NCBI GenBank assembly: GCA_963749655.1
Contig: CAVVOB010000023.1
Location: 79,819-143,818 of the forward strand
Length of the DNA stretch: 64,000 nt
Reading direction: 5' to 3'
Source: Nitrospirota bacterium
GTDB taxonomy: Bacteria > Nitrospirota > UBA9217
The notes below the pieces were generated by a model. It ran no database searches and was not told the origin of the DNA. It saw only the letters and a program-made list of their open reading frames with translations. The position numbers were made by a program, and so were the translations under genes. Below, in pieces: positions 31,064 through 41,560 of this stretch (position 1 is the first letter of the stretch; every line of letters begins with the position of its first letter).

Positions 31064-32473
31064 TTATTTCCGCTCTTTGCTCCTGACGAGCGACGTGACT
31101 GCCGCTATCCCGGTCAGAACCGCCCCGGTCATGTACGCGTACTCCAGACCTTTCAAAAAAGCGTCTGATTCAGTGCTGTGAAGCGAAGGCTTTTGCAGAA
31201 CAGCGGGAGAAACGTAAAGGGACAACACCGCGCCTCCGGCGGCAATGCCCATCACCATACCGACGGTCCTGACCGTGGAGAGAATGCCGGAAGCTATTCC
31301 CAGGTGCTCCGTCGGCGCGCTCCCCATGGCAGCGCTGTTGTTGGGGGATTGAAAGATGCCGGTGCCGAACCCGAAGATGGCGACCCGCCAGACGACATCA
31401 GCCTGAAAAGCATGATCAGGCAATTGACTCATGAAGTAGAGCGACAGCGCGCAGAGGCCCGCGCCGATGAAGGCGAGCATGCTTGTCCCGATCCGGTCGG
31501 AAAGCGCTCCGCTGAAGGGCGCGACCGACATCACGGCGAGGGGGAACGCCGTCATGATAAGGCCTACATGGGCCGCCTCGAAGTGCAGCACCCGCTGGAG
31601 GTAGAAGGGCGTGAGAAAGACCATGATGTACTGCGCCATGAAATTGAAGAGCGAGCTGATGTTCGCCAGGGAAAATGTTGCGCTCCGGAAGAGTCCGAGG
31701 TAGAGCATGGGCTCGGCAACGCTGCTTTCGACCTTGATGAAAGCGATGACCGAGGCGATCGACGCAAAGAACAGAAGATAGGTCATTGGCTGCGAGCCGG
31801 GATCGTGAAGACGGTTCAGGAACAGAAGGACGAAGAGCAGGGAAAGGCTGCCGAGGACCACTCCGGGCATGTCGATCCTGGCCGGCCTTCGCTTGATGCT
31901 CGGGATGATGCGGCTTCCCCAGAACAGGGCCGCGATCCCGATCGGAACGTTGATCAGGAACACGAAGCGCCAGCCGAAAAAAGAGGTAAGAAACCCACCG
32001 AGCGAAGGTCCCAGGGCCAGACCGGCAGAGATGCTTATGGCGTTGATGCCCAGGGCTTTGCCCCGCTCCCGGGGCGGGAAAGCTGAAGTGATGATGGCGA
32101 AAGGCATGGACATCAGCATTCCGGCGGCAAGTCCCTGCAGGGCGCGGGATGCGATCAGCCAGTGGATGGATTGGGAAAGGCCGCAGAGCGCGGAAGTAAC
32201 GATGAAGCCGGCAAGGCCGATCAGGTAGATCTTCTTGTACCCGAAGATATCGCCCAGCCGGCCGTAGAACATGAGCAGGCTGCCGATGGTGAGGAGGTAG
32301 ATCATCGGCACCCACTGCGCCGCCGAAACCCCCACGCCGAAGTACTGCGCGATCGTCGGAAGGACCACGTTCACGATGCTGGCGTCGATGGGCCCCATGA
32401 TGTTGCCGACCATGACCGCGGCCAGGATGGCGTAGCGTTTGGAGAAGTCTATTTCAGTTGAAATGTCGTTCAT
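31064..32473 (-). CDS. MFS efflux transporter, DHA2 (EmrB/QacA) family
   Basis: D.SIVNV.LP, GRLGDIFGYKK, GP.LGG.L....GWRFVFLINVPIG; about 14 TM. Confidence 0.92.
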   Translation of the reverse strand: MNDISTEIDFSKRYAILAAVMVGNIMGPIDASIVNVVLPTIAQYFGVGVSAAQWVPMIYLLTIGSLLMFYGRLGDIFGYKKIYLIGLAGFIVTSALCGLSQSIHWLIASRALQGLAAGMLMSMPFAIITSAFPPRERGKALGINAISISAGLALGPSLGGFLTSFFGWRFVFLINVPIGIAALFWGSRIIPSIKRRPARIDMPGVVLGSLSLLFVLLFLNRLHDPGSQPMTYLLFFASIASVIAFIKVESSVAEPMLYLGLFRSATFSLANISSLFNFMAQYIMVFLTPFYLQRVLHFEAAHVGLIMTAFPLAVMSVAPFSGALSDRIGTSMLAFIGAGLCALSLYFMSQLPDHAFQADVVWRVAIFGFGTGIFQSPNNSAAMGSAPTEHLGIASGILSTVRTVGMVMGIAAGGAVLSLYVSPAVLQKPSLHSTESDAFLKGLEYAYMTGAVLTGIAAVTSLVRSKERK

Positions 32474-33184
32474 AGAGTTTTAGCGCTAAGATCGGGATGA
32501 ACTCCGGCAGGAATCCAGGGATTTATGAAGAGCTTTCAGATTTCCCAGTCCCGCACGTCCCCAGAAGCGGTCCTTCACCATTATGTTCGTCATCTTTCTT
32601 GACACGTATGAACGGTAAAAAAAGATAGCACAGTCGGATACAACAGTCTACACAAAATCCTAGCAACCCAAATTGTGGAATAAAAAAGACTTTCAGCTGA
32701 TCGCTGAGAGCTGACCGCTGACAGCTGAATTTAACGAATTCGGCAATGTACAAAGAGAAGCACAAAATGACAAGCTACTCTCCCCGTATTTGGAGGTTCT
32801 TTTAGCAAGACCGATTTTTTGTTAGTGTTATACTCTAATTATCGAACAATCCCGATAGCCTGATAGTTGATTCAGCAGATTGCCTTGGGTTTTGAGGCAG
32901 AGGAAACACATCATCATGCGGGATGCCGGACCCGGCCTCTTCAAAGCCCAAAGCAATTTTTGCCACGAATCAACACGGATTAACACGAATTAAAAAATCG
33001 AGAAGGTTTAGCTGCTCCCGGCGGCGCGTCTCTTTACGGTATCGACCTGCGGCAATTCCTCCCCGGCAGCATCAGCTGCCGCGTTTACCCGTCCAAGGAG
33101 GACGACGAGAGAGCCATTCTTCTTTCAGCAACCTGATGCGAAGCTCGAAAGCTGAAATGCCGGATGGCTTCGGAGTGTGTTGCC

Positions 33185-33805
33185 ATGAGACTTCTTCTCT
33201 TCATCGGCATCTCTGCGGCGTTGACGATGTTCACGGTGCAAGGCTGTTTCGAAGATCCCGGGCAGCAGGCGCTCAGGAACGAAGTCGACGGTCTGCGGAC
33301 GTACGTTGAGCGGCTCGAGAGCGAGAACGGAAGCACCTGGCAACAGATCCAGGGGCGCGCGGGGACCGGACCGTACCTCGTGATCGATACAGCTGCGAAC
33401 TGGCTGTATGTTCGCAAGGATGATGAGGTCCTGCTGAAGACTTTGATCTCCACCGGCAGCGGCAGAAAGCTGGAGGTGCAGGGAGGAAGAAAGTGGATCT
33501 TCGCGACGCCCAAGGGCGTGTTCACCATCCTCCGAAAGGAAGCGAACCCCATCTGGTACAAGCCTGACTGGGCGTTCGTGGAGGACAATCTGCCGGTCCC
33601 TCCGCCGGACTCGAGGACGCGGCTGGCCCGCGGCATGCTCGGCAAGTACGCCTTGAGCATCGGCGACAGCTACAAGATACACGGCACCCCGTTCCGGAAC
33701 CTGCTTGGCAGGTCCGTATCGCACGGATGCATCCGGGTCGGCGACGAAGACATGGAGCGGCTGTATGCCCTGGTCTCGGAAGGGACCACGGTCTACATCT
33801 ATTGA
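33185..33805 (+). CDS. L,D-transpeptidase (YkuD family) lipoprotein
   Basis: Lipobox VQGC; IHGT...GRSVSHGCIR. Confidence 0.9.
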   Translation: MRLLLFIGISAALTMFTVQGCFEDPGQQALRNEVDGLRTYVERLESENGSTWQQIQGRAGTGPYLVIDTAANWLYVRKDDEVLLKTLISTGSGRKLEVQGGRKWIFATPKGVFTILRKEANPIWYKPDWAFVEDNLPVPPPDSRTRLARGMLGKYALSIGDSYKIHGTPFRNLLGRSVSHGCIRVGDEDMERLYALVSEGTTVYIY

Positions 33806-34033
33806 ATGTGCAGTTCACGGCAGCGAGCGTCAAAGTCTTTTCAAAAGGAGCGGAATATTCCGCACAAAGCCGTACAGTGCGCTGAGAGCATCAACCTGAC
33901 CCGGATGAACCGGAAAAGCTGTCTCGCGCAAAGCCGCAAAGAACGCAAAAAACGATTACAGAAGAAATATCGCTTCTGATATTTTTTAAACGACTGGAGA
34001 CCAGGGCAACAGTCATCCTTGAAAGGTTTCATC

Positions 34034-34657
34034 ATGAACCTGCGGAATGCCGTCTGCTTGCTCTTCGTGATTGCCGCGGTCGCAGGATGCAACGGCCAGC
34101 GACGGGCAGCGGAGCTGGATAGCCTCCAAAAAGAGCGGCAGGCGCTCGTGCATCGCTTGAAGACAGCGGAGGAAGAGCAGCGGTTTCTTGCTTTCGTAAA
34201 GGGAATATATGCTGCCGACAAACGGTATCTCGTGCTCGACACGCAGCTGTCGCAGGGCTCTCTTAAAGTGGGGACCAGAGTGCTGCGCACCTTCCCCCTG
34301 GTCCTCAACGGGTGCAGGAAGCCGGCCTTCCTGACCGCGAAGAAGGCCGACGCATACGTTTTGCCGAAAGGCCGCATCCAGGTGATCGCCAAGATGAAAG
34401 ACCCCGCCTGGTACAAGCCTGACTGGTTGTTTGAAAATATGGCTCAGCCGCCGCCGAGCGACTCCCTGGAGCGGCTGATCCAGGGACCCTTGGGCGGGTA
34501 TGCGTTGTTCTTCGGCCATGGATTCGTTATTCACGGCAGGCCCATGGACGGCGCGCCGCCGATGGAGCTGGACCACGCCTGCATCGTTATCGAGGACGAC
34601 GATCTCAGGGTCCTGTTCCAGATGCTCGCTACAGGGTCCTTTGCATACATCCGATAG
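34034..34657 (+). CDS. L,D-transpeptidase (YkuD family) lipoprotein, paralog
   Basis: Lipobox VAGC; PAWYKPDW shared with its neighbour; IHG...DHACI. Confidence 0.85.
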   Translation: MNLRNAVCLLFVIAAVAGCNGQRRAAELDSLQKERQALVHRLKTAEEEQRFLAFVKGIYAADKRYLVLDTQLSQGSLKVGTRVLRTFPLVLNGCRKPAFLTAKKADAYVLPKGRIQVIAKMKDPAWYKPDWLFENMAQPPPSDSLERLIQGPLGGYALFFGHGFVIHGRPMDGAPPMELDHACIVIEDDDLRVLFQMLATGSFAYIR

Positions 34658-34666
34658 AGGTGCCTT

Positions 34667-35182
34667 ATGGAGACGATACAAACGTACGAGAACTTCCCGG
34701 CCAGACTGGTAGCTGCAGCAATCCTGGTCAATGCGGCCATCTACGCCCTGGGCGCATTCATCCTCGCCGGGTTCGGAAGCATGATGACGGCATTCTACCT
34801 CCTCTACTGTCTCGGCAACGAAGTCCATGTCATGAAAAAGAGCTGTACAGATTGTTATTACTTCGGCAAATGGTGCGCTTTCGGCAAAGGGAAGGCGGCG
34901 GCGCTGTTCTTCAAGCAGGGAGATCCCCAAAGCTTCCCCAAAAAATCCATGTCTCACAAAGATCTGATACCGGATATGCTGGTGGTGATGTTTCCGCTCG
35001 TGGGCGGGATCGCGCTTTTGATAAGGAATTTTTCCTGGAGCATCGTCATCGCGCTCGTCCCCTTCCTGGCATTCTCTTTCTACGGCACCTATCTGATCAG
35101 AAGCCGGGTCGCCTGCGCAGGCTGCAAACAGCGCGAGCTCGGCTGCCCGGCTGAGCGATTCTTCAGCAAAGGGGCGGCATGA
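34667..35182 (+). CDS. Hypothetical membrane protein with Cys motifs
   Basis: 4 TM; CTDCYYFGKWC and CAGCKQRELGCP. Confidence 0.75.
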   Translation: METIQTYENFPARLVAAAILVNAAIYALGAFILAGFGSMMTAFYLLYCLGNEVHVMKKSCTDCYYFGKWCAFGKGKAAALFFKQGDPQSFPKKSMSHKDLIPDMLVVMFPLVGGIALLIRNFSWSIVIALVPFLAFSFYGTYLIRSRVACAGCKQRELGCPAERFFSKGAA

Positions 35183-35288
35183 TGATACGGCACTAGTCCG
35201 GATCAGCAGGGTCGAGACCCACCTTCCCTGACAGGATTGTTTTCTGGAGTTGCCGGAGTAAACAAGCGCATCCTGCATAAAAACAAGA

Positions 35289-35320
35289 AAAGCAGCCGGA
35301 AAAATATCCGGCTGCCTTTT
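35289..35320. terminator. Bidirectional terminator between convergent genes
   Basis: AAAAGCAGCCGGA-loop-TCCGGCTGCCTTTT. Confidence 0.75.
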
Positions 35321-35393
35321 AATTTTTTCATGAAAGATTGAATTCCTGCTGTAGTTTATTTGGACCTGTCGGGACAGGAATGACGAATTCGGT

Positions 35394-37145
35394 TTAAATG
35401 GTCCCGTTGGATCCGTTCAACTGGTTGATCAGCGTCTGCATGTCCGTTGCCGTGAGTCCCGACTTGTTCGTTGCCGAACCCATAAAGGTCGTCATCGCTG
35501 TCGCTAGTCCGCTCGTTCCGGCAGTCGAGGACATCATGGTGCTGCCGCCTCCGCCCATCATACCGCCGCTCATCATGCCGCCCATGGTGATCGACGTGCC
35601 GCCCATCATGCCGTTCATGACTCCGTCGGATGCGTCCTCCATCATGTCGGTGATCAGCGCCGCGGGATCGGTCATGCCGATGGTCTGCGCGTACTGGGAC
35701 ATGGCGGCAATGGCAATGCCGTAGTTCTTCATGTCCGTCGTCGCCGTGCTGCCGGACCCCGCCGTTGCCGCGTTCATCGGCCCGGTATGGAGGATGTCGG
35801 AGACCATGAAGTAGGAGCCCACTGCCGTGTTCCCTGCCGTGATGTTGGAATCCGTCATCCCGCCGGACATTGCCTGGGTCCGCGCCTGCGCCATGGACGT
35901 AAGGGGTGTCATCTGAATGCCCGTTATGGTCGCTCCGCTCGTCATGGTCGGTATGATTGCCGTCATCTCATCAGCCGAAGACATGGTCATGGTCGCAGCC
36001 GTGGCCAGGTTCGCGTAGGAGCCGCCGGTCGTCCTGATCATGACGGGACCGGAATACGATCCGAGAGAAAGGCTGAAAATGCCCATGCTGTCCGTGGTCC
36101 CGCTGGCAATCTGCGCGCCCATGGTTCCGCTGCTCACGGAGTAGGCCATGACCGTGGCGGTCTTCATCATGCCGTTGTAGACCGTGCCGCTCATCATGCC
36201 GTTCATCGGCGTTCCGCCGCCGTTCTGAATCGTACCGGTCGCGGAACCTGTCAGATGGTCCATGAGCGTCTGCATATCGGTCGCGGTCAGGCCCGACTTG
36301 TTCATCGACGACGTCATGAAGGTCGCCATCTCCGTTGCGAGCCCCGTTGTTCCCATGGTTGAGGTCATCATGGAACTGGTCATCATGCCGCCCATCATGA
36401 CCGGCGTGCTGCCCATCATGCCGTTCATGACACCGTCAGCCGCATCGTTCATGAGAGCAGTGACCATGCTTGATGAAGAGGACATTCCCATGTCCTTTGC
36501 CGTCTGGGACATGGCGGCTATGGCCATGCCGTAGTTTTTCATGTCCTGGGTTGCCGTGCCGCCCGAGCCGGACGTTAGCGGGTTCATGGGCTGTGTATGG
36601 AGAATGTCGCTCACCATGAAGAAACTGCCCACGGATGTATTTGCCGCCGTGATGTTCGCAGCGGTCATGCCGCCAGCCATGTTGTTGGCCATAGCCTGGG
36701 CCATGGAGGTGAGGGGCGTAACCTGGATGTTCGTCATGGTTCCCCCGCTCATGACCGAAGGAGTGATCGCGGTCATCACATCGCCGGGAGCCATGGCCAC
36801 GGTGGTGCCGGTTGCTTCATCTATATACGTCCCGCCGCTCATCTGAAGCATGACGGAGCCTGCGTAATCGCCGATCGACAAGGAGTAATTCCCCGCGTTG
36901 TCCGTTGTGCCGCTGGCCAGTTGCGCGCCCATGGTGCCGTTGGTAACGGCGTACGCTGTTACGGTTCCGCCCATGATCGGCCCTTTGACAGCCGTGCCGC
37001 TGATCATGCCGCTTGTGCCGTTCGCGCCCGCTGTCCCCCGCGCAGTTGTTGCGCTGCTGCCTCCGCCGCCACAACCAAAGAGAGACAACGAACCGATCAA
37101 GAGGGTAAGGGTCACCATTACTTTGAACTTATTAAGCCTTTGCAT
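35394..37145 (-). CDS. Methionine-rich lipoprotein with two ~270-aa internal repeats
   Basis: Lipobox LFGC plus GGGG; duplicated units (TPLTSMAQA, FMVSDILHT.PMN, DMKNYG.AIAAMSQ, DGVMNGMMG, NKSGLTATDMQTL). Confidence 0.85.
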   Translation of the reverse strand: MQRLNKFKVMVTLTLLIGSLSLFGCGGGGSSATTARGTAGANGTSGMISGTAVKGPIMGGTVTAYAVTNGTMGAQLASGTTDNAGNYSLSIGDYAGSVMLQMSGGTYIDEATGTTVAMAPGDVMTAITPSVMSGGTMTNIQVTPLTSMAQAMANNMAGGMTAANITAANTSVGSFFMVSDILHTQPMNPLTSGSGGTATQDMKNYGMAIAAMSQTAKDMGMSSSSSMVTALMNDAADGVMNGMMGSTPVMMGGMMTSSMMTSTMGTTGLATEMATFMTSSMNKSGLTATDMQTLMDHLTGSATGTIQNGGGTPMNGMMSGTVYNGMMKTATVMAYSVSSGTMGAQIASGTTDSMGIFSLSLGSYSGPVMIRTTGGSYANLATAATMTMSSADEMTAIIPTMTSGATITGIQMTPLTSMAQARTQAMSGGMTDSNITAGNTAVGSYFMVSDILHTGPMNAATAGSGSTATTDMKNYGIAIAAMSQYAQTIGMTDPAALITDMMEDASDGVMNGMMGGTSITMGGMMSGGMMGGGGSTMMSSTAGTSGLATAMTTFMGSATNKSGLTATDMQTLINQLNGSNGTI

Positions 37146-37580
37146 TGAATGCATCCTCCATACCTTAAACTGATTTTGACAACAATTGAACATAAGACGA
37201 AACAGCGTCGAAAAGGTTACAAACAATTTGTCGACGGGCTGCTTCCATGAAATCGACGAGTGACCGGGGATTGGAATATACTCCAGGGAGAACAGCAGAG
37301 TGTGGCGCGGGAAGAACTCTACAACAGGCCGGTTCTGTGGCAATATTCAATCTTGCAGTAGCTGCAGCAGTGATTTTTCTGTCTATACTATTACTGGTCT
37401 TTTATTTCCTTTCAGTCTGATATCCGCGCATCGCAAAACAGTTGCCTCATGATGCAACTCTGCGCTGACCAAGTCAATCATTAAAGCGAAACGCTACTAT
37501 TATACACTGAGCGTTAAGTATGATAAAGGGGTCTGCGACCTTTGACTGTAACGACCTTGAGGTCATGTATGCCGCGTTTC

Positions 37581-39887
37581 TCATATTTTCGTCCTTTTCA
37601 GTCTTAAAGCGTTCCCGATCACTGACACGGAGCTGAAGCTCATCGCGGCTGCCGCGAAGATGGGGCTGAGAAGGATGCCGAAGAACGGGTAGAGCACTCC
37701 TGCCGCTACGGGGATGCCGAGAGAGTTGTACACAAACGCAAAGAACAGGTTCTGTTTGATGTTCTTCATCGTTGCCCGGGAAAGAAGCCGCGCACGAAGA
37801 ATTCCTCTGAGGTCGCCCTTTACCAGGGTGACACCCGCGCTCGCCATGGCTACGTCCGTTCCCGTGCCCATGGCGATACCGACCTGGGCCTGTGCCAGGG
37901 CGGGCGCGTCATTGATGCCGTCACCTGCCATTGCCACGAACCGGCCTTCTTTCTGAAGGCGCTTCACGACCTCCGCTTTCTGGTCCGGCAGCACTTCTGC
38001 AACTACGTCGTCGATGCCCAGCTTCGTCGCTACTGACTCGGCAGTGGTTTTGCCGTCCCCGGTAAGCATCACGATACGGATGCCGTCGTCATGAAGAAGC
38101 TTCACTGCCTCACGTGTCGTTTCCTTTATCGGATCCGCAACTCCCAGAAGTCCGGCCGATTTTCCGTCAACGGCGACAAACATCACGGTCTGGCCGTCCT
38201 TACGCAACGCCTCTGCCTTGACGGATAATTCTCCGGGAGCAATGTGCAGTTCATCGAGGAGCGCGCGATTACCGAGCGCAACAGCATGACCGGCCACGGC
38301 ACCCGTGACTCCTTTGCCTGTCCTGGACTGGAAGGACTCGGCATTCTTCGGGCTGATGCCCTTTTCACGGGCTCCCGTCACAATGGCCGCTGCAAGAGGG
38401 TGCTCGCTGCCCTGTTCGATGCTCGACGCGTACAGGAGAAGCGCCTTTTCGTCGTACCCGTTATTCGAGACCACAAAATTCAGTTTTGGTTTTCCGACCG
38501 TAAGCGTTCCGGTCTTATCCACCACGAGGGTGTCGACGTTTCGCATCAGCTCGATGGCTTCGGCATTCTTGAACAAGACCCCGGCAGCCGCTCCCTTGCC
38601 CATGGCGACCATGATGGACACCGGCGTGGCGAGCCCGAGCGCGCAGGGACAAGCGATGATCAGGACCGCCACGGCGTTGACGAGCGCATAGACCATCCGG
38701 GGATCAGGCCCGACCCAGGCCCATACGATGAAGGTCATGCTTGCGATCGCAACCACGATCTGAACGAAATACCCGGCAATGATGTCCGCCAGCTTCTGGA
38801 TCGGAGCGCGGCTCCGTTGGGCCTCGCCCACCATGCGCACGATCTGCGCAAGAAGGGTCTCGGAACCGACTTTTTCAGCCCGCATGATCAGCGAGCCCGT
38901 CCCGTTCACCGTGGCGCCGACGACACGATCGCCTGCGTGTTTTTCCACAGGGATCGGCTCGCCGGTGATCATGGATTCGTCCACGCTGCTGATTCCCTCC
39001 ACTACCGTGCCGTCCACGGGGACCTTTTCACCGGGCCTCACACGCAGCACATCACCCGCCTGCACCTGTTCGAGCGGAACATCCTCTTCCGTCCCGTCCT
39101 TTACCCGGCGAGCGGCTTTCGGTGCCAGCCCAAGCAGGGCTTTGATGGCTGCCCCGGTCTTGCTCCGAGCCCGCAGCTCCAGGACCTGCCCCAGAAGCAC
39201 GAGCGTCGTAATGACCGCGGCAGCCTCGAAATAGGTCCCCACTTCTCCGTGAGCGCCGCGGAATGCAGAAGGGAAAATGCCGGGAGCGAGGGCGGCTACG
39301 ATGCTGTACCCATAGGCCACACCCACGCCGAGGCCGATGAGGGTGAACATGTTGGGGTTCCAGGTGATGATTGACTTCCATCCGCGCACGAAGAACGGCC
39401 ACCCGGCCCAGAGAACAACCGGCGTCGCGAGAACCAGTTCCAGCCATTTCAGCATCTCCAGGGGAATAAACTTTTCCGGAGATATGGCGCGGATGTAGCC
39501 GCCCATTGCGATATAGACCAGAGGAATCGAGAGAAATGTGCTTATTTTGAACCGCCGGATCATGTCCGTGAGCTCCGGATTTTCCTCCTCCACAAGCGAG
39601 ATCGTCCTGGGTTCAAGCGCCATGCCGCAGATTGGACATGCGCCCGGCGCATCGCGCACTATCTCCGGATGCATGGGACAGGTCCATTCGGTTTTTGAGG
39701 AAGCAGCTTGCGGTTTGACCGGTTCCAGCGCCATGCCGCACTTGGGGCAGGCGCCGGGGCCGGGCTGACGCACCTCGGGGTGCATGGGGCAGGTCCATTC
39801 GGATTTCACGGCAAGGTCTCCCAGGGCATCTTCGTTCATTTTTTCATGAGCAGGGGAACCGTGTGTTTTCTCGTCCTGAACCTTCAT
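37581..39887 (-). CDS. copA: Copper-translocating P1B-type ATPase
   Basis: Two WTCPMHP...CP.CGM metal-binding domains, [25 protein letters not shown]. Confidence 0.95.
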   Translation of the reverse strand: MKVQDEKTHGSPAHEKMNEDALGDLAVKSEWTCPMHPEVRQPGPGACPKCGMALEPVKPQAASSKTEWTCPMHPEIVRDAPGACPICGMALEPRTISLVEEENPELTDMIRRFKISTFLSIPLVYIAMGGYIRAISPEKFIPLEMLKWLELVLATPVVLWAGWPFFVRGWKSIITWNPNMFTLIGLGVGVAYGYSIVAALAPGIFPSAFRGAHGEVGTYFEAAAVITTLVLLGQVLELRARSKTGAAIKALLGLAPKAARRVKDGTEEDVPLEQVQAGDVLRVRPGEKVPVDGTVVEGISSVDESMITGEPIPVEKHAGDRVVGATVNGTGSLIMRAEKVGSETLLAQIVRMVGEAQRSRAPIQKLADIIAGYFVQIVVAIASMTFIVWAWVGPDPRMVYALVNAVAVLIIACPCALGLATPVSIMVAMGKGAAAGVLFKNAEAIELMRNVDTLVVDKTGTLTVGKPKLNFVVSNNGYDEKALLLYASSIEQGSEHPLAAAIVTGAREKGISPKNAESFQSRTGKGVTGAVAGHAVALGNRALLDELHIAPGELSVKAEALRKDGQTVMFVAVDGKSAGLLGVADPIKETTREAVKLLHDDGIRIVMLTGDGKTTAESVATKLGIDDVVAEVLPDQKAEVVKRLQKEGRFVAMAGDGINDAPALAQAQVGIAMGTGTDVAMASAGVTLVKGDLRGILRARLLSRATMKNIKQNLFFAFVYNSLGIPVAAGVLYPFFGILLSPIFAAAAMSFSSVSVIGNALRLKRTKI

Positions 39888-40104
39888 TTTTTCTCCTCCT
39901 GACTGCACGAATGACAAACAATTCCTTATTTTATTGTAGCGCTTTCCCCGGCAGAACTTGAAAAGTGCAACTTTGGAAGTCGCTAAGCTTCGAGGTCACG
40001 GCGGCCAATAAAAAAGCATGCTGAACTCAGCCTGCTTTCTATTTCCTAAGTGATAACCAACCTGCCCCGCCTCGTCCGGGCCGACCGCCCGCTCACGAAC
40101 AGTA

Positions 40105-40455
40105 TCACGTGCACCCTGCCGGCTGCGGGACGCCGGCATATCTGCAGGCGCGACGCAGCGGATGATCGGGAAACAGCCCGTAGAGCAGCTTAACGGAGAA
40201 TTGCTGCTTGCCGGCGTTCTTGTTCAGCACCTTGATCAGCACCTTCGGCATGGGAACGCTGTCATAGCGGCCGAAATATTCGCGGATAAACCTGATAACC
40301 TGCCAATGACGGCCGTCCAGGGCTATCCCGTCGCTGTCCGCAAGAAGGCGGGCAAGCTCTTCAGACCAGTCGCCTGCATTTACCAGGTGGCCGTTTTCGT
40401 CCAGGGGAATATGCCGTCCCTCGAAAAGCAACAGATGGGAATCTCCGTCATGCAT
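40105..40455 (-). CDS. DsrC/TusE-family sulfur relay protein with C-X10-C terminus
   Basis: LDENGHL...W...FIREYF...LFP...ACRYAGVPQPAGCT. Confidence 0.88.
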   Translation of the reverse strand: MHDGDSHLLLFEGRHIPLDENGHLVNAGDWSEELARLLADSDGIALDGRHWQVIRFIREYFGRYDSVPMPKVLIKVLNKNAGKQQFSVKLLYGLFPDHPLRRACRYAGVPQPAGCT

Positions 40456-40624
40456 GCTGGCCCTTCATTGCCCCTTTGTCCGGTTGTTAATTCAGACAGC
40501 CACGGTCTCAATTATGACTCACCAGTCACAAAGAACCGCTCAAAACGAACCGGCAAGATGCACGCCTCTATTCAATTTTACATGCAGTCCCCCCATTTTT
40601 CCGGAATTGCGTCCATTTTTGGAA

Positions 40625-40640
40625 CGGCACGGGTCTTGCT
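40625..40640 (+). promoter_or_regulatory. Sigma-54 (-24/-12) promoter
   Basis: CGGCACGGGTCTTGCT matches the consensus, with correct spacing. Confidence 0.75.
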
Positions 40641-40739
40641 TAATACTAAGTAAAGAGCGGATGGGAATCATTGCTCACGAAAGTTTACTCTGCAGGAAAG
40701 AAATCGAGGGCAGCAAACGCCTGGAAAGGAGGAGCGAAC

Positions 40740-40910
40740 ATGTACGCGTGCATATGCGGCTTCGACGCTGAGTCGGAAGGCGATCTCATGTCCCATGTTC
40801 TCGAGCGCCACTGCAAGTCCTATGGACTCGAAACATGCTCGATCACGGGGTCGGATTGGTCTGCAGGAAGCACGGAGCCGGATTTTGGTCATCCAAGAGG
40901 CCAGACTTAA
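40740..40910 (+). CDS. Small zinc-finger-like protein (56 aa)
   Basis: AGGAGG RBS; MYACICGF...L.SH....H C2H2-like pattern. Confidence 0.6.
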   Translation: MYACICGFDAESEGDLMSHVLERHCKSYGLETCSITGSDWSAGSTEPDFGHPRGQT

Positions 40911-41102
40911 ATTGGCAAGCTAGTAAGCTTTGGAGACATGCCCGGCTGGGGTGGCCGGGCAGAGCGGTTAGTCGTCTGCGTTTTTGTCTTCACCGCGAAG
41001 GCGCAAGGGTCGCGAGGAAGGCAAATACATCGCAGTATCTCAGTTCAGATTTTCTTGCCGGCCCATCCAAAGTGCCGGGTGATCGAATCACAGCCACCGG
41101 AA

Positions 41103-41560
41103 TCAGTGGTTGTCAAAGTCATTGTATTTTGCCTTGGTCCGCATGGCGGCGCAGATTTCCAGAAGAGCCTGCCTGTTTGCATCAGCTTCGGCAATAAACC
41201 GGACATCCATTTCACGAATAGCAGCACGAGCCTTGGTAAACGCCTTGAAAAATTGCGGTTGGGTCAAAAGATCGTTGCGGGAGTCCGCCTCTTATAGGAG
41301 GCTTTCATTTTGCCTGTTTTGTGACGGGCAAGCAGGAAGGCGAACGTCGCCTGGTTATGATTTATTGCGGGTATGGTACTGAAGACGCTTGCGCAATTGT
41401 TCGTTCGTCCGACATAGAGATACTTCTGGTTCTGCGAGAACAGGTAGACTCCCTTCGCAGGCATTGCTTTCGGTAACGCACCTACTTTGTACGTGCGGAC
41501 GTTCAAGAGCGCTGAACATTTCTTTTCTACCGCTGCGATGGCTTTCGTAAAAGAATCCAT
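41103..41560 (-). CDS. GIY-YIG nuclease-family protein (frameshifted)
   Basis: KGVYLFSQNQKYLYVGRTN.LRKRL..H; continues in another frame to ...QALLEI..AMRTKAKYNDFDNH*; start abuts the hsdM stop. Confidence 0.75.

Noticed and set aside
37535-37566. GACCT...AGGTC palindrome as a CueR operator
   Set aside because: Arm spacing does not fit the ACCTT-N-AAGGT CueR site within a 19-bp-spacer promoter; a similar sequence at ~39965-40000 suggests a repeat remnant.
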